Shown: positions 38,955 to 50,800 of the stretch, in pieces
How positions within the stretch are numbered: the first letter of the stretch is position 1
Layout of the letters: each line of letters starts with the position of its first letter
Source of the DNA: Camelus dromedarius
Lineage: Eukaryota
Reading direction: 5' to 3'
Length of the DNA stretch: 64,000 nt
Assembly: GCF_036321535.1 (NCBI RefSeq)
Contig: NC_087437.1
Location: 63,242,001-63,306,000, forward strand
Notes under the pieces: generated by a model
The model's input: the letters and a program-made list of their open reading frames with translations, nothing else
What the model was told of the DNA's origin: nothing
Databases searched by the model: none
Position numbers and translations under genes: made by a program

Positions 38955-40530
38955 ATATCCATATACAAAAAAGAGATAATTTGAATCAATATTTCACACT
39001 ATATACAAAAGTTAACTCAAAATGGATCACAGACCTAAAAGTGTACCTAAAACTATATAATTTCTAGTAGACATTGAAGAAAATCTTTGTGACCTTGGTA
39101 GGGAAAGATTTCTCATATATGACACCAAAAGCATAATCCTTAAAAGGAAAAAAATGATAAACTTGGCTTTGTCAAAATTAAGAGGCTCTGCTCTTCAAAA
39201 GACATTGGTAAGAAAATGAAAAGGCAAGTCATCAGGAGAAAATATTTGAGAGTCACATATCTGATGAAGGGCTATATCCAGAATATATGAAGGACTCTCA
39301 AACTTTCAAAACAAGAAAACCCAATTATTTTAAATTGGGCAAAAGATTTGAATAGGAACTCACCTTACAGATGTATGGATGGCAAATAAGCACTGGAGAA
39401 GATGCTCAACATCATTCGGCATTAGAGAAATGCAAATTAAAATTACAATGAGATACCACAGTCTATTAGAGTAAAATAAAATGACTTATTCATATCAAGT
39501 GTCAGTGAAGATGTGGACTAGCGGGAATTCTCCTCCACTTCTGGTGGGATTGTAAAATGGTACAACCACTTCAGAAAACAGTTTGGTATTTTCTTAAATA
39601 GTCAAACATGCCCCTATGATATGGCCCAGCCAGTCTGGATATTTTCCCAAGAGAAATAAAAGCAAATATCCGTGCAAAGACTCATACACAAATGCTATGA
39701 AGCAGCTTTGTTTGTAATTGCCCAAGACAGGAAGCAATCCCAAAATTCATCAACAAGTGATGAGATACACAAATTACAATATATTCATAACACAGAATAC
39801 TACACAGTAATAAAAAAGAATGAATTATTGATACACCCACAGTACATGGATAAAATAATTATGCTGATTGAATAACAGTCAAAAAAAAGCCCATACTAAA
39901 TTGTTCTATTTATATAAAATTATAGAAAATGCAAAGTAATCTGTACTGATAGAAAACAAACCTATACTGATAGAAAAGCAGATCACTGGTTGTCTGGAGA
40001 TGTCTGGAGCAGGAGACTCGGAGAGTAGGGGCAAGCAGTTAGGACTATGGAGAGGAACAAGGAAGCCTTTGGAAGGGACGGACATGTTCTTGATTGTGGC
40101 AATGATTTCATGGGTGTATGCTTATGTCAAACTGGTAAAACTGTGTTCTTTAAATACATGCAATTTATCAAATGTCAATCATACCTCAATAAAGCTATTT
40201 TTAAAATAATTTTTAAAAGAATAGGGTAACGCTAGACATCTTACAAAGAAATAGCAGTTATCTTGAGGGAATTATTTGGGAATTTTATGAACTATAAAGT
40301 GCATATATAAATATTTTAATTTTCATAATGTGGATTCTTGACAATAACGGAAGAGAGAGAGAGGATCATGACCAGGGGAAATGTTTTCACATGGTGCATA
40401 AGAATTTAGTGGGGAGGAAGGAGGAGAGAGGTTCAGGTACAAGTATTTAGGAAAAAATCTCTCAAATAATCTTGACAAACACCCCCTTCCATCCACCCCT
40501 CTTTGGAGACGGAAGGAGGAAGGAGACAGG

Positions 40531-40604
40531 CTGATACATAAGAGTAGATGGAAGTGTTTAGGAAGGCCTGATACATAAGAGTAGATGGAAGTGTTTAGGA
40601 AGGC
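40531..40604. repeat. Perfect 37-bp tandem duplication
   Basis: CTGATACATAAGAGTAGATGGAAGTGTTTAGGAAGGC at 40531-40567 and 40568-40604. Confidence 0.97.
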
Positions 40605-43089
40605 AGATGCGCCCAGAAGACTGTGGAGGAGTTTGGAATTCACAGAAATAATCAAGGAATGTGGTGGTAGGCACCTCAAGGAGGGTGTGGCTGTGGGAAG
40701 GAAACGGGAAGCTATAGAAATCAATGAGAAGGAAAAGCAGTAGCATGTGTTGATGGCTTATATGTGGAGTGAAGCAGGTGTGGGCAGGAAAGAGGGAAGG
40801 GTGGGAAACTGGAGTTCAAAATACCTCCCAGCACCAGGGAACTGAGGGAACGGTGGCATGACTAACAGAAGAAGGAAATCTAGAGGAGAAATCCATCTAG
40901 GGAAAGATGGGAAAGCGATCAAGTAGGATATTACTTAATCTAACCACTCATTTCATCATTGAGAAAACTACAGAGTAAAATGACTTGCCCAAAGTCACAT
41001 AGCAGACCCTAGAACTCCTGCCTCCTGGGCCAGCTTTCCATGCTGCTTCCCTGTAACACATTACTTCTTACCTGAAGATCTGAAGTGATGATGGGCATTT
41101 GGGTGGTAAATGTCCAATCGGCAATTAGGACTGTCAGCGCAGAGCCTGGGAGGGGTGGGAGCAGGAAATATTGATTAAGGAGCTAGGAGCTGGCTGGAGC
41201 AGCTAGAGCAAATGAGATAAAAGGTTTTCTATCCACTTCCATTAACTATCCTCTTTAGACATATTATCCACTTGTATGTCCTGCTTTCCACGCAAATCAA
41301 ATTCGCCTTAGAACCAGCACCTCTTCCCGACTTCCCTAACTTCATTATTCCATTCACCCAGACTAGAACCCTGAGACACCTGATTGGCTCCTTCATCTCT
41401 TCTACTTCCAGCATCTAGATGGTCATTAAGCCAAAGTTTTCCTTTGAATTGTCATCTGTTGCCCACTTTCTCCTCCAGGGCCATCTCAGCCCAGCTCTAG
41501 CTCTGTAATCTTGAATTTCTGCAACAGCTTGTCAACTGGTTTTGCCAGGCGAGGTAGAGAAGAGTAGTCAAGGCCTGAAAGAAAAAACAGACGACAAGTG
41601 ACAGGAGCACGGTGGCCATGGACATGAGAGACAAGAGGGTGTCAGGAGGCAGACAGGAGTCAAAAATGGCAGATTCCACAGATGAGTGAGGGCCAACGAA
41701 ACCTGGGGCATGGAGACAGGATGTGTGGGTAAGTGATAGATTTCAAGGCACCTTTGAGAAGATAGAGGAGACTGGAACCCGATATTAGGAGAGAGTATGT
41801 GGTGGGGGAGCAAAGCAGAGTGCGAAACCCAACTGCAGACAGGACAGGAGCCAGTGTGTGGACTGAGAGTGGAAGCAGCAGAGCTGAGTCATCTGTTCAT
41901 GAAGTTCAGGCAGTGAAAAAAGACAATAAGACAATAGCTTAGACAGGATAGTCAAGTTTCCAAATATTTATTTCACTTTGTTTTTCAAAATGGAGCTAGC
42001 TATGCAAAATTGAAAGACACAGCCACAAGAAGAAGAGAGGGATAAAAAGCTCTGAAGCTGGAAAACCATCAGCATCACGCAGAAACTGGAAGGGCAAGTG
42101 GCCTTCCCTGTTGCAGGGATCAGCCTGCATCCTGAGGACTGGTCTGCACAGAGGAAGCTGGTGGAAGATATTCGGGCCTCAAATCTTGATTCCCAGCCCT
42201 CAGTCCATACTGCACAGGAAATTTCTAACACAAAGCTGTTTCCTTTGTCACACTATTTTCTGTTTAGAGTGAGCATAGGAAGTAATCTGTCCTGTTCTTT
42301 TAACAATTCCAAGGGAACGCCAAAACATCACCGGTCTTTGCCTGGTTTAATATACAGTTGTGACAAAACCAAAGTTCTTCCTGACCTCTACTTTTAATCT
42401 TTCCTGCTGCAGCTGCAGCCCATTCCTTCTCATCCTGTCTTTGGGGAAAGCACGTGGTGGCCAAAAAACCTGCCTGCATGAGGAAATCTGCAGCAGGTAA
42501 AGTAAGATGGATTTCCTCCAGACCCTGAGGAAGTTGTCCTCATACACTCCACACCCATGCCTCTGTCAGCCTTGCCTATCCTGAAGAGAAGGGGGGAACT
42601 CAGAAAGACAAAAGAACATTCAAACATATGTCATTTTCCACTGACATTTTAAGAGAAAGCCTCCTTTCGACAGTTCAGAGATTCAGGTCCAAAGGAAGCC
42701 AGAAAAAAATCCCACAGCTAATAAACCAAAGTATATCTAAAGCTCCCCAAGAAGAATTACAGGTGCTTAAAAAGTGACCAGACTCAGAATGCAGTCAGCC
42801 CAGGAGCCTCTCTGTGTCACTAAGTGGACTCGAGGAAGAGTAAGTTTCCTCTCTGATGCCATCTCAGAGGCTAGGAGGACCTGCCAAGCATCCCTCGTGG
42901 ATATGTCTTATAGCAAGGGACAAGACAGGAAAGGAATCAAGATGTGAAAAAGAGAATGAGAAACAGAAGGGTCAGGATGGGAGTGGAATAAAGACAAAGG
43001 TGGAAGAAAGATGCTGATAAGAAGGCAATGAAATAGAGAAAGAGAGCGGTAGAGAAAGGGAGAATAGTGTTCCTGCTGTTCACTTAAAG

Positions 43090-43255
43090 CAGGGATTTTG
43101 TAAATAAAGCTTTATTGGAATGCAGCCATGCCCATTCTTTCACTTAATGTCTATGCTACAACAGCAGAGCTGAGTAGTTGTGACAGAGACATATGGCCTG
43201 CAAGTCAAAAATAATCACTACCTGGCCTTAACAAAAAATGTTTGCTGACTCCTGA
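43090..43255. mobile_element. MER58A-like hAT element
   Basis: TTTTGTAAATAAAGCTTTATTGGAA..CAGCCATGCCCATTC...GCAGAGCTGAGTAGTTGTGACAGAGAC...TTTGCTGACTCCTG. Confidence 0.8.
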
Positions 43256-43472
43256 CTTAGAGTAATAATATCATAACTTCCTGTAATACTAGTAAGCTCT
43301 TCCTGGTTCTTCAACTATTCTTTACACTTAAAGTTATCTTCAGAAACTATTATCTGGAAAGAAACCAAGGCTAGTGCCAAGCAATGGGAAAACTATTCAG
43401 ATCTATAGCTTAGAGAATGACCAAAGCAAGATCACACCAAGACACAAAAAAAATCTCAAAGCTGAAGAACAA

Positions 43473-44430
43473 TCAATAAAAAATGTTAAAATAAATAAAT
43501 AAATAAAATGATGCCAAAAAGAGAAAAGAAAAAAAAAAAAAAGAAGGATAGGGCAAGGTTCATTGTTAGGGCTAGTTTCTAGTTTACCGCTATGTTGAGG
43601 TTTAGGACTAGGTTCACAGTTAGGGGTAGGTTCAGGTTTAGGGCTAGGTTCAGGGTCAGGGATAGGTACAAGGTTAGGGCTTGGTTCAGGTTTAGGGTTA
43701 GATGCATGTTTAGGTCCCATTGTAGGGTTATGTCTACATGCAGGCTTAGGGCTAGGTTCAGGGTTAAGGCTAGGTTGAAGTTTAGGGCTAGGTGCAGGGC
43801 TAGCTAGGTCCATTTTAGGCCTAGTTTCAGGTTTAGGTCTGGGTTCGGGTTTAGGGCTAGTTTCAGGGTTAGAGCTCGGTTCATTGTTAGGGCTGGATTC
43901 AGGTTTAGGGCTAGGTTAAGGGTTAGGACAAGAAACATTCACGGTTAGTGCAAAGTTCAGTGTTAGGCCTAGGTGCAGGTTTAGGTCTAGGTGAAGGGTT
44001 AGGGCTATATTCAGGGTTAGGGCTAGTTTCAGAGTTAGGGCTAGGAGAAGGCTTATGGCTAAGTTCAGGTTTAGGGCTAGGTCCAGGGTTAAGGCTAGGT
44101 GCAGGATTAGGGTTAGTTTCAAGGTGAAGACTATGTTCAGGATTAGGGCTAGTTTCAGGTTTAGGGCTAGGTTGAGGGTTAGAGCTAGGTTCAGATTTAG
44201 GTCTAGATTCAGGGTTAAGGCTAGTTTCAGGGTTAGGGCAATATGCAGGGTTAGGGCTAGGTGATGAGTTAGGGCTAATTTCAGGTTTAGGGCTAGGTTC
44301 AAGGTGAGGGCTATGTTCACGGTTAGGGCTAGGTTCAGAGTCAGGGCTACATACACTATCAGGGCTAGGTTCAGGGTTAGGGCTAAGTGCAAGTTTAGGG
44401 TTAGGTTCACTGTTAGGACTTAAAAAAAAA
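43473..44430 (+). mobile_element. Retrotransposed insertion (probably L1-mediated) carrying the telomere-like array
   Basis: Perfect 15-bp direct repeat AAAGCTGAAGAACAA at 43458-43472 and 44431-44445, poly(A) at 44422-44433, and an A-rich head at 43473-43545. Confidence 0.85.
43546..44421 (+). repeat. Degenerate telomere-like tandem array, 18-bp unit TTAGGG-CTAGGT-TCAGG(G/T), roughly 48 copies
   Basis: Read directly, e.g. ttaggg gtaggt tcaggt ttaggg ctaggt tcaggg from about 43620. Hexamer phase is largely kept for ~875 bp, with the G-rich strand on plus. Confidence 0.95.
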
Positions 44431-45229
44431 AAAGCTGAAGAACAAATCCAACTCTCAAAAAGACACCTATAGATGGAAAATATATATGTGTATGTATATG
44501 GATATGTGTGTGTGATAAAATTTTAGCATTGCTAAATACTAATCAGAAATCTATATATGGAAATATGTATTATATTTCTGATAAGCATTATATTTCTTTA
44601 CATACTTTTTTTTCTGATTAGTATTTTAAAATCGCATTTTGCACATTAGTGAAATCAGTTGTTTCATGGGAGAAAAGTTTGATATGGTATGGTGCCCAAC
44701 AGAATTAAGAGAATTGATCAAGATAATATATGAATAATAATAACATGAAATTGAAATATGAATAACAGGAGAGTTTAGGGAAAGAAATGGTTTAAATGTT
44801 TCTATTATCTCCTTTTGATATTAACATGAAGGTACAAGTTTGAAAGTGGTATTTTTTATATTTCTATCCAAGGTGCTTGGAAACATGAGACTGAGAAGGA
44901 AAAAGGCTGGGAGTAAAGGGTGAATTCTACCCCATGAAACATGAAACAGAGTCATCTAGGCTGTTCGGGAGATTCTGCAAAGAAATTAAAGAGCCCTGTG
45001 AGAGCCACACGTCTCCTGCATTTGGCTTGTATTTTTCCAATCTTATCTTCTTCAGATTATTCCTCCCCATAGTCCATGAAGCCATCCCACTACATCTTGT
45101 CCTGCCCCCCCACCCCACACACACCCCACTCCAGGCACAAGATTCTACTTTTCATCCCCTTAGTTATCCAGCAATCCCTGCCCTGTCCCCATTCCTAGAC
45201 TCCCGCTCAAAGGCACAAACACTGCTGGT

Positions 45230-45732
45230 TAACTACCCCAAATCCATTGTCCTTACTAAAACAACTGCAATATTATTCAGGAGGACACTCTGTCCAGCTA
45301 GCATGTTCACCTTCCCCAACTCCTTTGCAGCTAGGGGTGACCATGTAACCTGTTGCTTGTCATGAAACATGACTCAGAGAAAGTCTGCTAGGGATTTGGG
45401 GAAGTATTTGCCCTCCTCACACAGGCCCCTGACTTCCCCTCCCACATGCTTCTCTCCTTTCTCAACCCTCCTTCCCTTCCTTCCTTCCTTTCTTCTTTTT
45501 CTTGCCTGGTCCATGGACAGGAGGCTTGAGGTAGAACAGCCATCTTGGAAGCATGAGACAGCAAAGCTAAGGGTAGGAAGAGGAAGGAGAAAAAGAGCCT
45601 GGGACCCTGGTGGCACCTTGGAGCTGCTGCATCAGCCTTGGACTTCTCACTGAATGAGAATAACGTGCCTCCATTCGGTTAAGGCCCTATAGACAGATTT
45701 AGGTAATGAGTAGCCTAACCCAACTAATACAC
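45230..45732 (+). mobile_element. Ancient ERVL/MaLR-type LTR remnant
   Basis: CCTTTGCAGCTAGGGGTGACCATGT, CAGCCATCTTG, GAGCCTGGGACCCTG and terminal CTAATACA motifs. Confidence 0.55.
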
Positions 45733-46491
45733 TTCCTTCTACCTGGAGAGTCACTCTCCGCATTCCTTAGCCAGTTTTTGAAGTCCTGCACTTTCTTCAA
45801 AGCCCACCTTAAATCCCACCTCCTTAAGAAGGCATTCCATAATGTCTCAAGATTGATCTCCTTTTCCCATAGTCACAGAGGGCACAATTAAAATCATTAA
45901 AGTAGCATGCATCTATCAAGCCTGCTTCTTGTCATAAATATTTACATATGGAGCTCTCCCAGATGGAGGGCTGCTAAGGGCAAGGATCCTTTCAACTCAT
46001 TTTGAATGCCCTGCAGCACCTTGCACCGTGCCCAGAGCAGTCATTCAGTAAAGGGTGGTTGAATTACTTTGATTGGAGAATCGCTCCTCCCTTCCCAATT
46101 GCATAGAACGGATCACATTAAAACACCTGTCCTCTATGTATATAGGGTAGGAAAGTTACCAAATATGGAAAATAGACTTTAGAAATCCCAGTCATGTTTT
46201 GACCATATTTTGACAATTTGAAAGTGTGCAGCCTATTGCTGACGAATGACCCGGATGTATAAACTTAAGTCAAACTAAGGAAAAGAAATGAGACAGTATT
46301 CAGAGCTCAAAACCAGGCCTATATACCATCAAAATAGTATGGTGGTTTCACCAAACTCAACCTCAAATCAGTGTCTGCTGAAGGTAGACTCCTATTCCCA
46401 GCAATTAATCCAACTTACTGCATTATAATTCCAGTTACACTTCTGCTGCTCATTTAAGAAAATTTTTTGAGCACCTACTATGTGCCAAGCC

Positions 46492-46604
46492 TAGAGTGAC
46501 CAATAATCCCAGTTTGCCTGTGACTGAGGGGTTTCCTGAGATGCAGGATGTTTTAGGGCTGAAGCCAGAGAGTCCCAGGCAAGCGAAGATGGTTGGTTAC
46601 CCAA
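46492..46604. mobile_element. MER94-like hAT-Blackjack MITE
   Basis: Inverted termini TAGAGTGACCAA...TTGGTTACCCAA with internal TCCCAGTTTGCCTG/GTCCCAGGCAAG repeats. Confidence 0.65.
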
Positions 46605-47488
46605 GAAGCTCTGTGCTTGATACTAGTTATAAAGCAGTAAAAAGAAAAACCAAGTATGGTCACTGCCCACATGGAGCTCTACAATCTAGTGGGTTTTTAT
46701 TTGGGGGCTCCTAGTAATTACAAATAGGTTTGCATCCTTTAACTATATTTTCAAGTCATTCAAGTTAGATTTTATTACACAGTAATCAAGTCCACCCAAC
46801 ACTTCCAGGTGCTAACACCACAAATCTCTCAGCACAGCTGGCTGTCCATGCAGAGGGAAGATGAAGAACTTTGGAATAGGAGAGTAAGCAGAAGTTCAGT
46901 TCATGAATGTGGTCATTGTTCTGCCGGCTGTGAATTCCAACCAACTTTAATCACAGCCTGAGCCGTGATTAAAGTCGTCTGTTGTTCTTGGATCAGCAGG
47001 CAGACTCTCTTCAGGTTCTCAGCCCAGTTTGTGACACTGATTTTGACCTCTTGGGTGGAACAGGGCCTTCTTTGGAAAGGGCCAGGAGATGTCAACGTTT
47101 CCTGGGGGAGTGTGGAGGTAATCTGACTGTGGCATCTGCTGATGTAGCCATCGCAGCTAGTGGGGACATGACTTTTTTTTCCATCATTGTTCCATATGCA
47201 TTCTTCCTATAGCTGGATATTAGATTAATGAGAAAAACTCACTCTTAGGTCAAGGGCTTATGATGACTTATTTCCCCTCTCAGAATGTCCCAGATAGATA
47301 CAGTCGGCCCTCTGTATCCTCAGGAAATTCAAGGATTAAGTTTGTTATTAAAAAAAACTTTTCAAAGTGTAAAAAAAAAAGAGGCTGCATGAGAAAAGAG
47401 GAGCATAAATGACAGTAAGGGTCATCCCTATAACAAGGTGTGAATGAATATTCTAAACAAAGTAAGAATTGCAGGGAAATATTTCTTT

Positions 47489-47837
47489 ATAGTCAGCCCT
47501 CTCTATCTGTGGGTTCTGCATCTGTGAATTCAACTGACTACGGATTGAAAATACTTAGAAAAAAAAATCCAGAAAGTTCTAAAAAGCAAAACTTAATTGT
47601 GCCACATGCTGGCAAGTATTTACATCACATTTATAGTGTATTTACAACTATTTACATTGTAATTACATTATATTAGGGATTATAAGTAATTTAGAGTGGT
47701 TTAAAGTATACAGGGGGATGTGTATAGGTTAAATGTCAATACTACACCATTTTATATAAGGGACTTGAGCATTCCCTTATTTTGGTGTCCATAGGGGTCC
47801 TGGAACCAATCTCCTATAAATACCAAGGGACAATTGT
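47489..47837. mobile_element. MER2 (Tigger-derived) DNA transposon
   Basis: TAGTCAGCCCTCTCTATCTGTGGGTTCTGCATCTGTG...GGGGTCCTGGAACCAATC...ATACCAAGGGACAATTGTA with TA flanks. Confidence 0.8.
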
Positions 47838-50800
47838 AATATGCTCTTCTGAGTTTAATAATCTGAAGGTCCTAACCCCCATGCTAGCTACCAACTCAAC
47901 AAAAGCTGAAAGTCCTGGTTCCTCCATTTCAAGAATCAGCGAAATACTTCTTGCTCTATGATGGACTTCTTCTCTTCTCTCCAGACTTCACTTTTGTTAG
48001 ACTTTAATAACTACCAGTTGGTTTTCTACCATTGGCTAGATACCATTATCTTTTTTAAATTTCATAACAACTTGAAGTAGATATTGTTATTCCTACTTCC
48101 AGATGAAGGAACCAAGGCACAGAAAGGTTAGGGAACTTCCCCGGGGTCACATATTATAAATGGACAGAGTAGAATTTGAATCCCATGCTCTCAGATTCTT
48201 CTGAGAGTTGGTTTGATGCGCTGAAAGGGAACAGATCTTGTACACTTAAAGATGAGTGTGAGAAGGACTTCAAGAAGAAAAGCAATTTTGTGTCTGTTGA
48301 CCTCCCAATTTTGTTTAGGGATGGAGTGAGTAGGACAGGGAACACTGCAAATCAGGGAGAAAGGCTGAACAAAAGCCTTGGTCTACTGCCTGCACTAGAT
48401 CAAATGTTAATTTATAACTATATGTGAATTTGTGCTTTGAAGCAATAAGGAATTAACTTAAAAACCACCTTACAGGGTTTTTAAGAGCATTTTTTTTCCA
48501 ACAAACAAGCTAAAATGCTTAATTTTATTTCCATGGAACTTTTTATGGCAAAGATGCTCTACCTGCCCGAGAATTACCCTTTGGAAAGATAGAGACCAGA
48601 GAAGTTAGGGAGTCCTATTTTTGTTGTAGCTCCTGGGCAGCTTTATCAGGGAGGCACAGCATTGCGGCTCTCAAAGCCTGACCACACACACCGCTCCCCG
48701 TGCCATCCATCAGCACTGTGGTAGGATGGAGCAGGGATCCCTGAATAGCATTTACCAATGAGGCAAGCGAAGCCTTGAGTCATGTATCCCCAGGGTCTTT
48801 TCAACAGCCTTATTTGTCGCAGGTGTTCAATAACTGTATTAAATAAGTGAATATGTGAACAAATAAACAGTGATTTTTCAGAAGGTCACACAGCAGGGAC
48901 AAAAATATTATGTCCTAAATCTTAACTCCATCCTTGATCAAGTTACATCATCCTCTGGGTGAGCCTGGCCAACTTTAAAATGGAAATTTGGAAGCCAGAA
49001 TGAATAGGGCACTGTGCCTGACTTAAGCAATATCAAAAATTTCATTAGAGATGTGAAAAAGATGGAGTTGGTGAAGACCTCCTGTTATCCAGATGCCAAG
49101 ATCATTCGGTGTGGTTAGTTTGATTTCTAATGAGCATCTGCTCCAACTCATGAATCCCTTTACACTTTTATACAATGCACGGCTCACATTACAGAGTCAA
49201 CAATTCTTTATCATCCGTGTGGTCATTCACTCTTTGGTTGTCTCTCCCTGGTAATTGTTTAATCTGGCTTCCCCAACCACATTTCTTGGATGTCTGCTCC
49301 CTCCTGCCCCTGTCAGTCAGGTTGTACTCAGGGAATGTAAGGGCACAGAGAGCAGTCCAAAGTCAGTGATAACTGATCAGGTGTTGAACTACTACTTCGG
49401 ATTATCCGCATGCCCTATATGGATACACAGCTTCGGCTGGTTCAACAACCATCCAAGACTGGGGGGGCACTCTTAAGATTTACACTCAGCTTTCCATCAT
49501 CTGTGCTGAGAGAGGTGACAAGGGTGTGGACGCACAGCAGATACATTTTTAAAAAATCAAGGTATAATTTACACCCATTTAAATTCTACATTTTAATGAG
49601 TTTTTACAATTTTACATACCATTACCCTAACTGAGACAAAGCACATCGCCAGCATCCCAAAAGTCCTCGCCTGCCCCATCTCAGTCAATCTTCCCTTACT
49701 TTGGCCCCAGGCAACCACCAATCTTCTGTCACTATGGATTAGATTTGCCTTTTCTAGGCTTTCATGTAAGTGAAATCATAGAGTATGTACTCAACAAAAG
49801 TTATTTTTCTTTGACTTTGGAAGAGCTTCTCTGATTTCCTTTCCAGTGATGTCTGGTTCAGACTGATATTAAAATGAGTTCACGTTCCCTGCACCCACAC
49901 TGATTTGACAGGGTAGGCAGAACTAAGACTTGGAAGAAACCTGAGAGGTAAGAAGCAGAGGCTGATGAGAATAATTACTGGCAATGAGAAGAACGCTGGC
50001 TCTTCCCAGCACTGGTAGAATATGACAAAGAGTGTGTGCCCATTTTGTCCCCTGAACCTATTTTCAGTGTCACTCAATACGGCTTCTCTAAAACCTAACT
50101 GCCTGGGAATTTCACATGCTTTGCCTCGAATGGACATTTTATTTCGAAACTCCAGCCTCCAGCCAGCCCCTCTCAGCCGCGGAGCCATTGCACCCCCTGC
50201 TGTAAACACAGGGATCTGTCACCCCCATGGCACGAGGCAGTCCCAACCCTCGCAGCCCGACCCTGGAGTGTCAGCTCCCCACAGCTGCTCTTAGGTTCAT
50301 GTGTTAGAGCTGAGCTTATGCATACGCGAACACAGAGGAATACCAAGAGTTCAGCAGCTGGAGAGAAGACAGGACCAGAGAGAAGAAAGGGAAACCCCAG
50401 AGAAGAAAGAGCAAGCTAGACGTGAGAGATGAGGAGGTGAACGGCAGAGGCACAGCCCGCAAAACAAAGCAAGAAGCAATAAAGGGATGGACTTTTTCCC
50501 ATCTGAGAGAAATCCCAAAATTTCACTCCTCTGCCCAAAAAAATAGATTCAGACCCAGGCTATGAGAATCCTTAAAAGTGAGTTTTAACACGGAAATACT
50601 GATAAATCTTTTCAACAACCTATACACCTCCAGGTACTGCCGGACTTGCTTAATCCCTTTAAACCTCCAATAACTTCAACTATGGTGTTTAAAGTCTCAT
50701 AAATCTGCACTAACTTAAAATAGGGAAATATAAATCATGTTCAGGAGCTTAGGGGGAGGAACAGAAGATGGGTATCCCAATGCCATTTAAAACCACAGCA

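Larger units (their letters stand above)
35170..40215 (+). mobile_element. Old ~5 kb L1 (L1M-type; decayed ORF2 through 3' UTR) with nested insertions
   Basis: A-rich strand with ORF2 remnants (GGAATTAAATTAGAAATCAA, AAATGGACAAATTCCTTGAAAGACAC, GCATTTGACAAAAT, CAAGACAGTGTGGTACTGG, GAAATGCAAATTAAAA). It ends in ATACCTCAATAAAGCT. Confidence 0.9.

Noticed and set aside
43403..44410. Minus-strand ORFs with PEPSPK and LNLALT repeats
   Set aside because: These are direct translations of the 18-bp repeat on the C-rich strand, with no independent sign of coding.
43546..44421. CRISPR array, true telomere or chromosome-fusion site
   Set aside because: There are no unique spacers and the context is eukaryotic. 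The array is single-orientation, degenerate, internal and TSD-flanked, with no head-to-head TTAGGG/CCCTAA junction.
50170..50270. Slightly CpG-enriched patch with an RFX-like motif as a possible promoter
   Set aside because: The motif match is poor, the patch is too short for an island, and no linked exon was found.
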